Shown here piece after piece: positions 1 through 10,191 of a stretch of 64,000 nucleotides of DNA; position 1 is the first letter of the stretch; the number at the start of each line of letters is the position of its first letter. Below the pieces are notes generated by a model, which had not been told where the DNA came from, did not search any database, and saw nothing but the letters and a program-made list of their open reading frames with translations. Source of the stretch: Spirochaetia bacterium (GTDB lineage: Bacteria; Spirochaetota; Spirochaetia; SZUA-6; Bin103); NCBI GenBank assembly GCA_965208575.1, contig CBDBOV010000006.1, positions 1,344,001 through 1,408,000 of the forward strand. Reading direction: 5' to 3'. Both the position numbers and the translations under genes were made by a program.

Positions 1-870
1 CTGGTCGCGCGGTCACGGCTCGATCGCTTCCTCCGCGGCGTCGACCTGGTCCGGATTCGCGAGTCGGACGACAACCTGATCGTCGATATTCACCAGGACG
101 ACGACGAGCCGCGCTACACCTACGAGAACGAGGACGACGACGCCGACCGTCTTGCCATGGCCCCTCTGCGCGCGGACGTACTGGCGGGGGATTGGCGGCT
201 GTTCTACCTGCTGTGGCTGACGGCGGTTGAGAGCGGCGAGCTGAATGACGGCGATACCGAGCCGCTTCCCGGCATCGGTCCGCTCACCGGCGCTCACAAG
301 GCGTTCGCCGATTTCTTCGGCATCGACCAGCACTTGTTGCATGCGGCCGCCGAGTCGCCCCTGAACGCGGACGGCGAACTCTCCCAAGCTGAGGTCCACG
401 ACGTGGTGGCGGCGATTCGGGACACGGAGAAGACGGCGCTGCTGTGTCGTCTCGTCGCAGGCGACCCTCACGTGGCGGCGGAGCTGCGACGCACGGTACG
501 AGAGGCCGCGGCCACGGCAGACCACACCGACTCCGGTCATCGGACGGTCGCGGTGTTGCACACGCGCGCAGCGGAGATTCGCAAGCAGGCCAAGGCCGAC
601 GCCGAGGCACGGCGTGAGGCAGAGCGCCGCGCAGGCCTCGCTGTCGTCAGACGGCGGGAGGCGGCGGTCTGGCGTGAAGTCAGGACGGAAATCGAGAAGC
701 GCAGCGCCCGCGGCTACGACCGGGCGCTGGCACTGCTGCTCGACCTGCGGGCGCTGGCCGAGGAGGATGGCACACTGGCGGCATTCTCGGACCGTGTTCG
801 CTCGCTCCGGGTCCGCCACTCCCGCAAGCCGCGCTTCATCGAGCGCCTGCAGCAGGTCGACCTGCAATGA
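1..870 (+). CDS. Conserved hypothetical protein, 5'-truncated by the window edge
   Basis: Frame 1 is open from base 1 through the 157..870 ORF. Motifs 'PLRADVLAGDWRLFYLLWL' and 'HSRKPRFIERL'; stop overlaps the next ATG. Confidence 0.75.
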   Translation: MVARSRLDRFLRGVDLVRIRESDDNLIVDIHQDDDEPRYTYENEDDDADRLAMAPLRADVLAGDWRLFYLLWLTAVESGELNDGDTEPLPGIGPLTGAHKAFADFFGIDQHLLHAAAESPLNADGELSQAEVHDVVAAIRDTEKTALLCRLVAGDPHVAAELRRTVREAAATADHTDSGHRTVAVLHTRAAEIRKQAKADAEARREAERRAGLAVVRRREAAVWREVRTEIEKRSARGYDRALALLLDLRALAEEDGTLAAFSDRVRSLRVRHSRKPRFIERLQQVDLQ

Positions 871-1238
871 CGGACCGTCCATCGAATCCACGGCAGCGGG
901 AGGACACGGGATCCTTTGCCGGTTATCAGCGCCGGTCGCGCCGCACCTGGAGCCGGGTGGTAGTGGATCACGCCATTCTCTACCCCACCCTCGGACTCAC
1001 CAACGAGGCGGGCGAGGTAGCGGGCAAGGTAAAGAAGATCTTCCGCGACAAGGGCGGGGTGATCGGCGAGGAGGACCGCGCCGCCCTGAAGAGCGAGCTT
1101 GGCGACGTGCTGTGGTACCTGGCCCAGATCTGCACCGACCTCGACCTGTCGCTGCAGGAGGTGGCAGAGGAGAACCTGACCAAGCTGGCCCGCCGCCAGC
1201 AAGCCGGCACCCTGCAAGGCGAAGGCGACAACCGGTAG
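867..1238 (+). CDS. MazG-like nucleoside triphosphate pyrophosphohydrolase
   Basis: 'LGLTNEAGEVAGKVKK' and 'ELGDVLWYLAQ' MazG motifs; C-terminal 'LQGEGDNR'. Confidence 0.9.
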   Translation: MTDRPSNPRQREDTGSFAGYQRRSRRTWSRVVVDHAILYPTLGLTNEAGEVAGKVKKIFRDKGGVIGEEDRAALKSELGDVLWYLAQICTDLDLSLQEVAEENLTKLARRQQAGTLQGEGDNR

Positions 1239-1321
1239 CAGACTGCCGGCCGGCTCCATCATGGCACGGCTATGTGCGCCGCAAACGGGTCCGCCGGATC
1301 GTGGCCGATACCGGTCCCCAG

Positions 1322-1654
1322 TCACCGTGCGCTGTTGAGTTCCTCCACCAATTCATCCGGCGGATAGTCGACGGCCGGTACCCCGGCGGCACCGAGCAAG
1401 GCAACGAATTCCTCCGCGGTCGCTGCCGCAAGTCTTGCCGCCTGAACGAGGGTCAGGTGGCGCTGCTCGAACAGGCGGATTGCCAGGGTACGGTGGACAC
1501 CGAGTTCAAGCAGGCGTTCGTCGAACGGAACTGCCAGAATGGCCGGGCGACCACGCTTCGTGATGAGCGACAGATGCCCACGTTCCGCCTCCCTCATAAG
1601 ATCACCGGACCTCTGCCTCAGGTCCCGCACACTGAACACATCGACTGAATCCAT
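1322..1654 (-). CDS. Antitoxin-like protein: Phd/YefM-like N-terminus plus UPF0175-like C-terminus (copy 1, no toxin partner)
   Basis: 'FSVRDLRQRSGDL...ITKRGRP' then 'LFEQRHLTLVQAARLA...YPPDELVEEL'; paralog of 7295..7627. Confidence 0.75.
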   Translation of the reverse strand: MDSVDVFSVRDLRQRSGDLMREAERGHLSLITKRGRPAILAVPFDERLLELGVHRTLAIRLFEQRHLTLVQAARLAAATAEEFVALLGAAGVPAVDYPPDELVEELNSAR

Positions 1655-1889
1655 CGTCGCTCCTTGTTGTGCCCACAAAGCGTAACACATACATGACCCA
1701 AGCAGCACGCCCCTTGCCACGTGCACGTGCGGTGAATCAGCCGGGACGGTGGGCAGTGGCGAGCAGGGTGTCGAGCCGGCGGCGCATGCGCTGCCAGTGG
1801 CTGCCGCGCCAGTACAGGCGCGCCCAACGGGGACAGCGGGAGAACGATTGCCGCTCGACGCGCACCATCAGGGCCAGGCGGTGCAGGAC
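1322..1889. repeat. Diverged direct duplication of 7295..7863 (antitoxin gene plus 3' end of the Mut7-C gene)
   Basis: Alignable by eye, e.g. gcgcatgcgctgccagtggctgccg near 1783 and near 7756. Confidence 0.85.
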
Positions 1890-1952
1890 GTGACAATCCC
1901 CTGGTTTCGTTTCGTGGTGATTCGAGTCGCCTTCGAGGTGTATGGTTAGTGT

Positions 1953-2156
1953 ATGTCACGCACCAATATCGATATCGACGACAAGGCCTGTGCGGCGATC
2001 ATGCGCCGCTACCGGCTAGGTTCTAAGCGGGAGGCGGTCAACCTCGCGCTGCGTACGCTCGCGGCGGAGTCCCTGAGTCTGGTCGCCGCCCGGCGCCTTC
2101 GCGGATCGGGGTGGGAAGGCGATCTGGACGAAATGCGTGGCGCCAGGGGAACGTGA
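1953..2156 (+). CDS. vapB: VapB-family antitoxin
   Basis: 'MSRTNIDIDD...KREAVNLALR...GWEGDLDEMR'; overlaps the toxin start. Confidence 0.9.
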   Translation: MSRTNIDIDDKACAAIMRRYRLGSKREAVNLALRTLAAESLSLVAARRLRGSGWEGDLDEMRGARGT

Positions 2157-2539
2157 TCCTGATCGACACCTCGGCGTGGGTGGAGTTCCTGCGTGACACT
2201 GGGTCAGTGGTCAGCATGCGGGTCGACGCCGAGTTGGACGGCGACATCGCGATCTGCGATGCGATCCGGATGGAGGTACTCGCAGGCGCACGAGACGAGA
2301 GCCACCTTGAAGCGCTTCGAGGGTTGCTGGCGCGGGCGAGCGTGCTACCCACCGAACCCGCGCACTACGACGCGGCAGCGACGCTGTACCGTCGCTGCCG
2401 TCGTGAAGGCGAGACGGTGCGGCGGCTGATCGACTGTCTGATCGCCGCCGTCGCGATCGGTGCCGACGTACCGGTGCTGCATCGCGACGACGATTTCGAC
2501 GTGCTGGCCCGTCACACCGAATTGGATATCGTCCGGTGA
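2153..2539 (+). CDS. vapC: VapC PIN-domain toxin
   Basis: GTG start, 'ILIDTSAWVEFLR', 'DCLIAAVA', 'LHRDDDF'. Confidence 0.9.
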   Translation: MILIDTSAWVEFLRDTGSVVSMRVDAELDGDIAICDAIRMEVLAGARDESHLEALRGLLARASVLPTEPAHYDAAATLYRRCRREGETVRRLIDCLIAAVAIGADVPVLHRDDDFDVLARHTELDIVR

Positions 2540-2625
2540 GATGCCGCGGGCAATGAGGCAATGCGCGCGCTTGACATGGTCAGGCGAAGCTGCGATTCTA
2601 CGAGGTTAGGGAACGAACGATGCCG

Positions 2626-2671
2626 ATGAACTCTTCCATTCACAACACGTTGCCGGTTTGTGCCGGCGCAC
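2626..2671 (-). mobile_element. 5' remnant of a group II intron
   Basis: Minus strand gtgcgccggcacaaaccggcaacgtgttgtgaatggaagagt matches the intron start at 40855. Confidence 0.6.
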
Positions 2672-2859
2672 AGGAGGTGGAATGACACGCAAAGAACCGC
2701 GCGCGACGTGAGGGGGGATGAACTCGCCGAGTCACACGCCGCGCGCTTCACAGATTGACTCGGACTTGCCGTCCGCGTTGCGGGCGTGAGAGTGAGAGTA
2801 GCCAGGGAGCGGCAATTCGCTCCGCAATACTCCAAAAACCCAAGCATAGGACACTCACG

Positions 2860-4626
2860 ATGATGAGAATCTTGTTTCGAATGACCTTCGCGGTTGCGTT
2901 GGTCCTGGTGCTGACCGCAACCGGCCTCTGGGCAGCAGGCGCAGAAGAGGAGCCGGCGGCCGCTGCCGACAAAAAGTATGTAACCGACCCCACCACCGGC
3001 GAGGTGGTGGTGGCGCCGGAATACGGCGGCACACTGACCTACGCCAAGAATAGCTGGCCACCGAATACTGACACCTTGGCCGGTGGCAGATGGGCATCCC
3101 AATGGGTCTGGGGCGTGCTGGACAAGCCGGCGGTCGCGGACTGGGGAATGGATAGAAACGAATATTCCTTGAATTTGCCCTGGCCAACTCTAGATGTCCT
3201 GAAAGGGTCACTGGTTGAACGCTGGGAGCAAACCGACGACCTCACCATTGTCTTCCACCTTCGCGACGGCGTGCGCTGGCATGACAAGGAGCCGATGAAC
3301 GGGCGAGAATTCGCTGCGGATGACATCGTATTCAACTATCACCGCATGCTGGGTATTGGCAGCGGCTTCACCGAACCAAGCCCGCAGTTGACGGCGCAAC
3401 TTGCTCCGATCAAAGTCGAATCCGCAACGGCTGTGGACAACACGGTTGTCTTTAAGCTGAAGGAGCCGAACATTGGGGCGCTGCAGGGTCTCGTCGACGA
3501 AGAAGCCGCCTATATTTATCCCCCCGAGGTCATCAAGCAGCACGGCGACGCTACCGATTGGAAGACCTTGGTCGGCACCGGACCTTTTGAGCTCACTGAC
3601 CTGGTCGAGGAAAGCTCGGCAACATGGACCAGGAATCCCGACTACTGGGGCTACGACGAAAAATACCCGGACAACCGCTTACCCTATGTTGACGAGGTAA
3701 GGGCTCTGCATATGCCGGAAGCGGCGACGTATTTGTCGGCAATACGCACCCGTAAGGTTGATACTGGATATAGGCTAAGTAGTCTCGACCAGGTAGATGG
3801 TCTGCAGCGGAGCAACCCGGAAATCCAGATGTATTCGCTGTTCACCCGGTCGAATGATACGTGGGGCATGAACGTTCAGGAGGAGCCCTTTGGCGACATC
3901 AGAGTACGCAAGGCGATGCAGATGGCGCTCGACCTCGAGACCGCCAACACTACCTTCTTCAAGGGTTTGGCAGAAATGACACCTTATGGGCAGAACCGGT
4001 TGCCGGGGTTTTACGTTCCGTTTGAAGAGTGGCCCGAAGAGGTCAAGAAGGTCTTTGCCTATGACCCGGAAGGTGCGGAGGCGTTGCTGGATGAAGCCGG
4101 GTATCCGCGCGGCTCCGATGGCATAAGATTCAAGACCGTGCTGAGCCACCACTTTACTCGCAATTTGGGTTATGCGGAACTAGCCGCAGGATTCTGGCGT
4201 GACATTGGCGTTGACGTAGAGATCAAGATAATGGCGACCGGTGCCGAAACTGTCGCTGCGAGAACGGACAGGAATTACAAGATGGCCTCTACGGAAGCGG
4301 CCCTCCTCAGCGTCTCTGCAGCCCGCTTCTGGTCGGGATTCATACACAACACCGCCAACCCACAAGATCCGTGGTATGACTCCGCGTATGAAGCCATCGC
4401 AAAGGTTGAATCCCACGCGGAGTACCAGGCATTGGTTCGCGAGATGGATATGTATGGCATCGAGCAATTCTGGCATGTATGGGGTGGTATGGCCCCACAG
4501 ATTGTCCCGCTACAGCCGTGGGTCATCGGCTATAACGGTGAACTGAACCTGGGAAGCGGTCAATATTGGCTGCAGTACTCCCGCATGTGGATCGACTCGG
4601 CGCTGAAGCAAGAAATGGGTTATTAG
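2860..4626 (+). CDS. ABC transporter solute-binding protein, family 5 (peptide/nickel)
   Basis: Signal peptide; 'PEYGGTL', 'GVRWHDK', 'GTGPF', 'RVRKAMQMALD' motifs. Confidence 0.92.
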   Translation: MMRILFRMTFAVALVLVLTATGLWAAGAEEEPAAAADKKYVTDPTTGEVVVAPEYGGTLTYAKNSWPPNTDTLAGGRWASQWVWGVLDKPAVADWGMDRNEYSLNLPWPTLDVLKGSLVERWEQTDDLTIVFHLRDGVRWHDKEPMNGREFAADDIVFNYHRMLGIGSGFTEPSPQLTAQLAPIKVESATAVDNTVVFKLKEPNIGALQGLVDEEAAYIYPPEVIKQHGDATDWKTLVGTGPFELTDLVEESSATWTRNPDYWGYDEKYPDNRLPYVDEVRALHMPEAATYLSAIRTRKVDTGYRLSSLDQVDGLQRSNPEIQMYSLFTRSNDTWGMNVQEEPFGDIRVRKAMQMALDLETANTTFFKGLAEMTPYGQNRLPGFYVPFEEWPEEVKKVFAYDPEGAEALLDEAGYPRGSDGIRFKTVLSHHFTRNLGYAELAAGFWRDIGVDVEIKIMATGAETVAARTDRNYKMASTEAALLSVSAARFWSGFIHNTANPQDPWYDSAYEAIAKVESHAEYQALVREMDMYGIEQFWHVWGGMAPQIVPLQPWVIGYNGELNLGSGQYWLQYSRMWIDSALKQEMGY

Positions 4627-4819
4627 GCGTTCGTTCAATACTACGTGTGTGCGCCCGTCCCGACTGCCATAAGGACATCCTTGGGTGGTTGGGACGGGCT
4701 GTTTTGTCGGACGAGGTGGCCGGGATGAGTCAGCACCGTCACTCCGTGACACGCAAGACCATGAAAATCGATGCTCAGGCATCGACCGCTGGTGGGCTTT
4801 TTCGGATCAGGCACGTGAC

Positions 4820-5779
4820 ATGAGAGCCTATATCATTAGGCGGCTGTTGCTGATAATCCCCAGCCTGTTGCTATTGACCATCCTGGTTTTTCTCTCGGTG
4901 CGCTTCCTCCCCGGCGATGTAATAGACGCGATGCTGGGCAGGATGGAATACGACCAACCCGGTACGGTTGACCGTGCAGCGCTTGAGCGCATGCTGGGAT
5001 TGGACGTGCCTGGCTACGTACAGTATGCACGCTGGTTAGGGCGTATCTTCCTGCACGGCAGCCTCGGTGAATCACTGATGGGTCGCGGGGCGGTGAAGGA
5101 GCAGATAATAGACAGACTGCCGGTAACCGTTGAGCTTGGCCTCCTGGCAATCGTGATCGGGCTCGTGATAGCCCTGCCGGTGGGCATCTACTCGGCGATT
5201 CGCCAGGATACGGCCGCCGACTACGCGGGGCGCTCGGTCGCTATCATCGGCCTGGCAACGCCTAACTTCTGGCTCGGAATCATGGTCATGATCTACCCGG
5301 CAATCTGGTGGGGCTGGTCGCCACCACTGGAGCTGATTCCTTTCTCAGAAGACCCGCTGGGGAATCTGAGGATGTTCCTCATTCCCAGCCTGATTCTGGG
5401 GACAGCCTCGGCGGCCGCCATCATGCGGCTGACGCGCACCATGATGCTGGAGGTGCTGCGGCAGGACTACATTCGCACCGCCTGGTCCAAGGGGCTCCGG
5501 GAGCGGGTCGTGATTATCCGGCATACCATCAAGAATGCCCTGATCCCGGTGGTGACTCTGATCGGCCTGCAGTTGCCGATCCTGGTTGGCGGCTCCGTCA
5601 TCATGGAAAACGTCTTCAACCTGCCGGGGCTGGGTCGACTCATGCTGGTTGCCCTCAATGACAGAGACTACCCGCTGATCTCCGGAATCAACCTGTTTTT
5701 CGCCAGCGCGGTTATCGTGGCCAATCTGATTACCGACCTGTTCTATGCTTTCTTGGACCCCAGGGTTCGTTACCAATGA
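4820..5779 (+). CDS. ABC permease, OppB/DppB-like
   Basis: 'MRAYIIRRLL', 'QDYIRTAWSKGL', 'LDPRVRY'. Confidence 0.93.
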   Translation: MRAYIIRRLLLIIPSLLLLTILVFLSVRFLPGDVIDAMLGRMEYDQPGTVDRAALERMLGLDVPGYVQYARWLGRIFLHGSLGESLMGRGAVKEQIIDRLPVTVELGLLAIVIGLVIALPVGIYSAIRQDTAADYAGRSVAIIGLATPNFWLGIMVMIYPAIWWGWSPPLELIPFSEDPLGNLRMFLIPSLILGTASAAAIMRLTRTMMLEVLRQDYIRTAWSKGLRERVVIIRHTIKNALIPVVTLIGLQLPILVGGSVIMENVFNLPGLGRLMLVALNDRDYPLISGINLFFASAVIVANLITDLFYAFLDPRVRYQ

Positions 5780-5795
5780 GGGAGAATCAACGAGT

Positions 5796-6698
5796 ATGAA
5801 TGATACGAGGAGACCTGCCGGGCTCGCTGATTTCCTTTTCAGGATGGTCAAGGAGAAGCCACTGGGTACTATCGGCGGAATTATCGTATTGATATTGATT
5901 CTCGTCGCCATCTTTGCGGATACGCTGGCTCCCTATGAATATTATCAAATGCACCTGGTAGACCGGTTGCAGGGCTCATCAGCCCGGTATCTGCTTGGTA
6001 CCGACCACCTAGGGCGAGACTTCCTGAGCCGAATCATCTATGGGGCTCGTATTTCGCTGACTGTCGGTCTGGCCGCGACCGCGCTCAACGTGGTAGTCGC
6101 TGTACTGGTGGGCGGCGTTTCTGGATTCTTTGGCGGTAAAGTAGACCTCGTTGTGCAGAGGTTTGTCGATACCTGGATGTCGTTCCCGGGTCTGCTCCTG
6201 TTGTTAACCGTAATGTCCATACTGGGGAAGGGGTTGGTTCAGATAATAGTCGTGCTCGGGATAGCAGGAGGAATCGGCAGCTCGAGAGTAGTCAGAGGCG
6301 CCGTTATCGCAATAAAAGAGAATGTGTATTTTCAGGCCGCCGAGGCGATTGGCTCTTCCCAATGGACAATATACACACGCCATGTGCTGCCCAATATCGT
6401 GGCTCCCATAATCATCATATTCAGCATCAACATAGGGGGAGTGATCATGTCTGAGGCGTCTCTGAGTTTTCTTGGTTTTGGATTGCCACCCGGTATTCCG
6501 AGCTGGGGAGGTATGCTCAGCCGGGAAGGGCGTCAATACATGGAGGCAGGGCCATGGCTGGCGCTCTGGCCAGGTCTCTTCCTGACGATTCTGGTCTACA
6601 GTCTGAACATGTTCGGCGATGCGGTGAGGGACCTGCTCGACCCGAGGCTGAGGGGTGGCGTGGGGCGCTATGGCGCCGATGGCAGCAAGTCGCTTTAG
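5796..6698 (+). CDS. ABC permease, OppC/DppC-like
   Basis: 'LLGTDHLGRD', 'EASLSFLGFG', 'GDAVRDLLDPR'. Confidence 0.93.
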   Translation: MNDTRRPAGLADFLFRMVKEKPLGTIGGIIVLILILVAIFADTLAPYEYYQMHLVDRLQGSSARYLLGTDHLGRDFLSRIIYGARISLTVGLAATALNVVVAVLVGGVSGFFGGKVDLVVQRFVDTWMSFPGLLLLLTVMSILGKGLVQIIVVLGIAGGIGSSRVVRGAVIAIKENVYFQAAEAIGSSQWTIYTRHVLPNIVAPIIIIFSINIGGVIMSEASLSFLGFGLPPGIPSWGGMLSREGRQYMEAGPWLALWPGLFLTILVYSLNMFGDAVRDLLDPRLRGGVGRYGADGSKSL

Positions 6699-6959
6699 AA
6701 CTTGCCACGGCCAGCCGACGCCCTTCCTCACGATCGAACAACACGTGACATAATTCGTGGGCCAGTGTGAATCGGCGTCCGAAAGGATGCTCGTTTCGGG
6801 CTCTCGGTGCTTTCTACTACCCTCGTAGCGCATACGACTATTACACGCCCCACTGCGCTGCTCTCATCCGCACGTCCTAACCTAACGCGGGTCCCGTGAT
6901 CCATCAAGTGATCGACCGGTCCGATCCGCCCGCGCTGCTCGACCGGCGCCGATTCGCCG

Positions 6960-7298
6960 TCACTCGCCGGCTTGACTCAGAACGCCACTCGTCAACGGAG
7001 ACGACAACCGATACCCCGCGCTCGACAGGTCCCTGAGCACAGGAGCCACTGCCGAGAGGATCCCAGCGGACTTGGCCGCAAGAAGGACGCCCGCCAGTCC
7101 CACGACGGGAAGTCCGCGCTGACGGGCGAATCTTCGGCCCTTTGCATCGTCGATCAAGAGAAATCGGGCCGCCCGTTCCTCGGCGACGGCGATCGCTTCC
7201 GCCTCGCCCGCATCCAGCAAACCTGCAAGCTCTGATGCAACTACCAGATCCCGAGAGGTCTGCACGGTGATCCAGCGCTCCTTCAACGCCCGAGTCAC
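6960..7298 (-). pseudogene. DUF3368-type PIN toxin partner, apparently missing its N-terminal PIN part
   Basis: 'LDAGEAEAIAVA', 'LLIDDAKGR', 'GLAGVLLAAK'; 112 aa with no N-terminal 'VxDTS' strand; overlaps the antitoxin stop. Confidence 0.65.
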
Positions 7299-7627
7299 CC
7301 CGCGGTACTGAGCTCCGCGGCCAATTCATCCGGCGGATAGTCGACAGCGGGTACCCCGGAGTCGCCAAGCAACGCAATGAATTCCTCCGCGGTCAGCGCG
7401 GCAAGTCTCGCGGCCTGAACCAGCGTCAGGTGGCGCTGCTCGAACAGGCGGAGGGCAAGGGTGCGGTGAACACCGAGTTCCAGCAGGCGCTCGTCGAACG
7501 GCACTGCCAGAATGGTGGGACGACCCCTCTTCGTGATGAGAGAAAGATGACCATGTTCCGCTCCCCTTATCAGGTCGCCGGACCTCTGCCTCAGATCACG
7601 CACGCTGAAGACATCAACTGAATCCAT
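7295..7627 (-). CDS. Antitoxin-like protein: Phd-like plus UPF0175 (copy 2)
   Basis: Paralog of 1322..1654; coupled to the DUF3368 gene. Confidence 0.78.
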   Translation of the reverse strand: MDSVDVFSVRDLRQRSGDLIRGAEHGHLSLITKRGRPTILAVPFDERLLELGVHRTLALRLFEQRHLTLVQAARLAALTAEEFIALLGDSGVPAVDYPPDELAAELSTAG

Positions 7628-7704
7628 TCACGACTCCTTGTGTGCCGACGGAGCGTAGCACATACATGGCCTGCGCAGCGCGCCCCCTGCGAGTGATTCG
7701 CGTG

Positions 7705-8538
7705 CTATGGAATAGGTGGATGGTGGGCGGTGGCGAGCAGGGTGTCGAGGCGGCGGCGCATGCGCTGCCAGTGGCTGCCGGGCCAGTACAGGCGCGCGCA
7801 GCGGGGACAGCGGGAGAACGACCTCTGCTCGACGCGCACCATCGGCGGCAGGCGGTGCAGGACATCAGCCTTGGCCACCGCCTGCAGCGGCTCGTTGCAG
7901 CGCATGCAGCGGGAGAAGGGGCGGACGGCGGCGGCCAGGTCGAAGCGGCGCAGCACGAACAGCAACTGTTGCTCCGGATCCTGCGAACGCACGAAGCAGC
8001 CGTGGGTCACCGCCTTGCGCTCCAGCAGGCGGCGGTCGCGGGTCAGGATGATGCGCTGCTCGCGCCGCGCCACCGCCACCAGGCGGGCGTCCTCGTGTTC
8101 CGCACCGACCACCGGCAGCATGCTCGCGTCGGTGGCGTCCAGGCCGCACATGCGCAGCAGGGAGGCCAGCTTGGCCAGGTTGGCGTCGACCAGGAAGCGC
8201 ACCGCCCGCAGCGGCACCGGGCGCACCCGGGTGAGCGCCGCGATGTCGAAGCTCTCGAACACCGGGTAGACGCTGACCCGCTGGCCATCGCGTAGCTTGT
8301 GCGCGAAGTCCATCGACTCGCCGTCCACCAGAAGCAGGTCCACCTCGCCGTGCGGCACGCCGCAGTGCTCGACCAGCGCCTTGGTCGTGGTTCCGTCGTG
8401 CACAGCCAGCTCGAACTCCCGGCCGCGGCGATGCGGCGGCAGGAAATCGCCCAGCTCCTGGTAGAAGCGCACCCGCACCCGATGCTTCCGCGCGCGCGAC
8501 GAAGCCGATTCGGGCGATCCGGGAGAGATGGAGTTCAT
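7705..8538 (-). CDS. Mut7-C RNase domain protein with N-terminal ubiquitin-like domain
   Basis: 'VRFYQELGDFLP', 'GVPHGEVDL', 'FLVDANLAKLA', 'LTRDRRL', CxxC pairs, 'YWPGSH'. Confidence 0.9.
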   Translation of the reverse strand: MNSISPGSPESASSRARKHRVRVRFYQELGDFLPPHRRGREFELAVHDGTTTKALVEHCGVPHGEVDLLLVDGESMDFAHKLRDGQRVSVYPVFESFDIAALTRVRPVPLRAVRFLVDANLAKLASLLRMCGLDATDASMLPVVGAEHEDARLVAVARREQRIILTRDRRLLERKAVTHGCFVRSQDPEQQLLFVLRRFDLAAAVRPFSRCMRCNEPLQAVAKADVLHRLPPMVRVEQRSFSRCPRCARLYWPGSHWQRMRRRLDTLLATAHHPPIP

Positions 8539-8573
8539 TTCGGGGTTCTTCCAATATAATTTCCGGCACTACG

Positions 8574-10130
8574 ATGAGTCAGACGACAATGCCGCGTTCG
8601 GTGGTCGTCGTGGGCGGCGGGCACAACGGCCTGGTGGCCGCCGCCTACCTGGCGCGCGCCGGCGCCGACGTGCTGGTGCTGGAGCGGCGCGACTTCGTCG
8701 GCGGAGCGTGCATCACCGAAGAGCTGTTCCCGGGCTTCCGGGTCTCCTCCTGCTCCTACATCTGCCACCTGCTGCAGCGCAAGGTGATCGACGACCTGCA
8801 GCTCAGGGACCACGGCTTCGCCATCCATCCGGTCGACCCCTACCGCTTCCAGCCGTTCCCGAACGGCAACTACCTGCTCCGCTGGCACCACGCCGCCGAC
8901 GGCGAAGCGGAGATCGCGCGGCTGGCGCCCGCCGACGTGCAGGGGTACCGCCGCTACCGAGCGTTCATGGACCGCGCCGCGGCCATCCTGTACCGCTCCT
9001 TCCTGACCGATCCTCCCACCCTGGCCGAAGTCAGCGCACAGGTGCGGGGCAGCGACGACGAGGCGGTGTGGGAACGGATGCTGACCGGCAACGTGCTCGA
9101 CCTGGTGCAGGAGCACTTCACGTCGCCGGAGGTGCGGGCGGCGTTCATCGATGCCCAGGACGCCTGCGACCCGCGCGCCCCCGGCTCGATACTGGCGCTG
9201 GCCTACTTCGACTGCGACCTGTCCACCGATCCGGCCGACCTCGGCATCCCGCACGGCGGCATGGGCGCCATCACGCAGGCGATGGCGCGCTCGGCACGGG
9301 CCGCGGGCGCCGAGATCCGCACCGGCGCCCAGGTAGCGCGCATCCTGCTGCGCGACGGGCGCGCGGTCGGTGTGCAGCTCGCGGACGGGGAGCGGATCGA
9401 GTGCGACACCGTGGTCAGCGGCGCCGACCCCAAGCGCACCTTCCTGGGGCTGATCGGCGCCGGCGAGCTGCCGCCGGAGCTGGCGGCCGGGGTGAGCCGG
9501 CTCAAGACCGAGGTCTCCTACCTGAAGTTCCACGCCGCCCTCGACGCGCTACCCGACTTCAGCGGCCACCTCGGCGCCCGCTACGACGAGAAGCTGCTGG
9601 TGCAGGTACGCATCTGCCCGTCGGTGGACTACTTCCTGCGCAGCGGCGACGACGCCCGCGCCGGGCGCCCCTCGTCCGCCCCGGTGATGCACATCCAGAT
9701 CCCGTCGGTGCTCGACCGCTCGCTGGTGCCGCCGGGCAAGCACGTGATGTCGGTGTGGGTGCTGTACGCGCCGGTGCGGCCGCGGCAGGGGAGTTGGGAC
9801 GAACTGCGCGAGCAGACCGGCGAGCAGATCATCGAGGTGATCGGCGAGTACGCGCCCGGATTCCGGCAGTCGGTGCGCGACTGGATGCTGTTCACTCCGC
9901 GGGAGCTGGAGCAGCGCGTGGCCCTGACCGACGGCAACATCCGCCACCTCGACATGACCTCCGCGCAGATGCTGGCGGGCCGCCCCAACCGCCTGCTGTC
10001 CGGCTACCGCACCCCGGTTCCCGGCCTCTACCTGTGCGGCGCCGGCACCCACCCCGGCGGCGAGGTCACCGGCGCCCCCGGCCACAACGCCGCCCACGCC
10101 ATCCTCCGCGACTGGGAATCTCCGGGTTGA
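8574..10130 (+). CDS. Phytoene desaturase-family FAD oxidoreductase
   Basis: 'GGGHNGLVAAAYLA', 'GGMGAI', 'LYLCGAGTHPGG'. Confidence 0.9.
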   Translation: MSQTTMPRSVVVVGGGHNGLVAAAYLARAGADVLVLERRDFVGGACITEELFPGFRVSSCSYICHLLQRKVIDDLQLRDHGFAIHPVDPYRFQPFPNGNYLLRWHHAADGEAEIARLAPADVQGYRRYRAFMDRAAAILYRSFLTDPPTLAEVSAQVRGSDDEAVWERMLTGNVLDLVQEHFTSPEVRAAFIDAQDACDPRAPGSILALAYFDCDLSTDPADLGIPHGGMGAITQAMARSARAAGAEIRTGAQVARILLRDGRAVGVQLADGERIECDTVVSGADPKRTFLGLIGAGELPPELAAGVSRLKTEVSYLKFHAALDALPDFSGHLGARYDEKLLVQVRICPSVDYFLRSGDDARAGRPSSAPVMHIQIPSVLDRSLVPPGKHVMSVWVLYAPVRPRQGSWDELREQTGEQIIEVIGEYAPGFRQSVRDWMLFTPRELEQRVALTDGNIRHLDMTSAQMLAGRPNRLLSGYRTPVPGLYLCGAGTHPGGEVTGAPGHNAAHAILRDWESPG

Positions 10131-10191
10131 ACGCCGACCAGGGCCGTTATTGGATAGACTGAGGCCTGAATCCGAAGGGGGGGGCCAGCAA

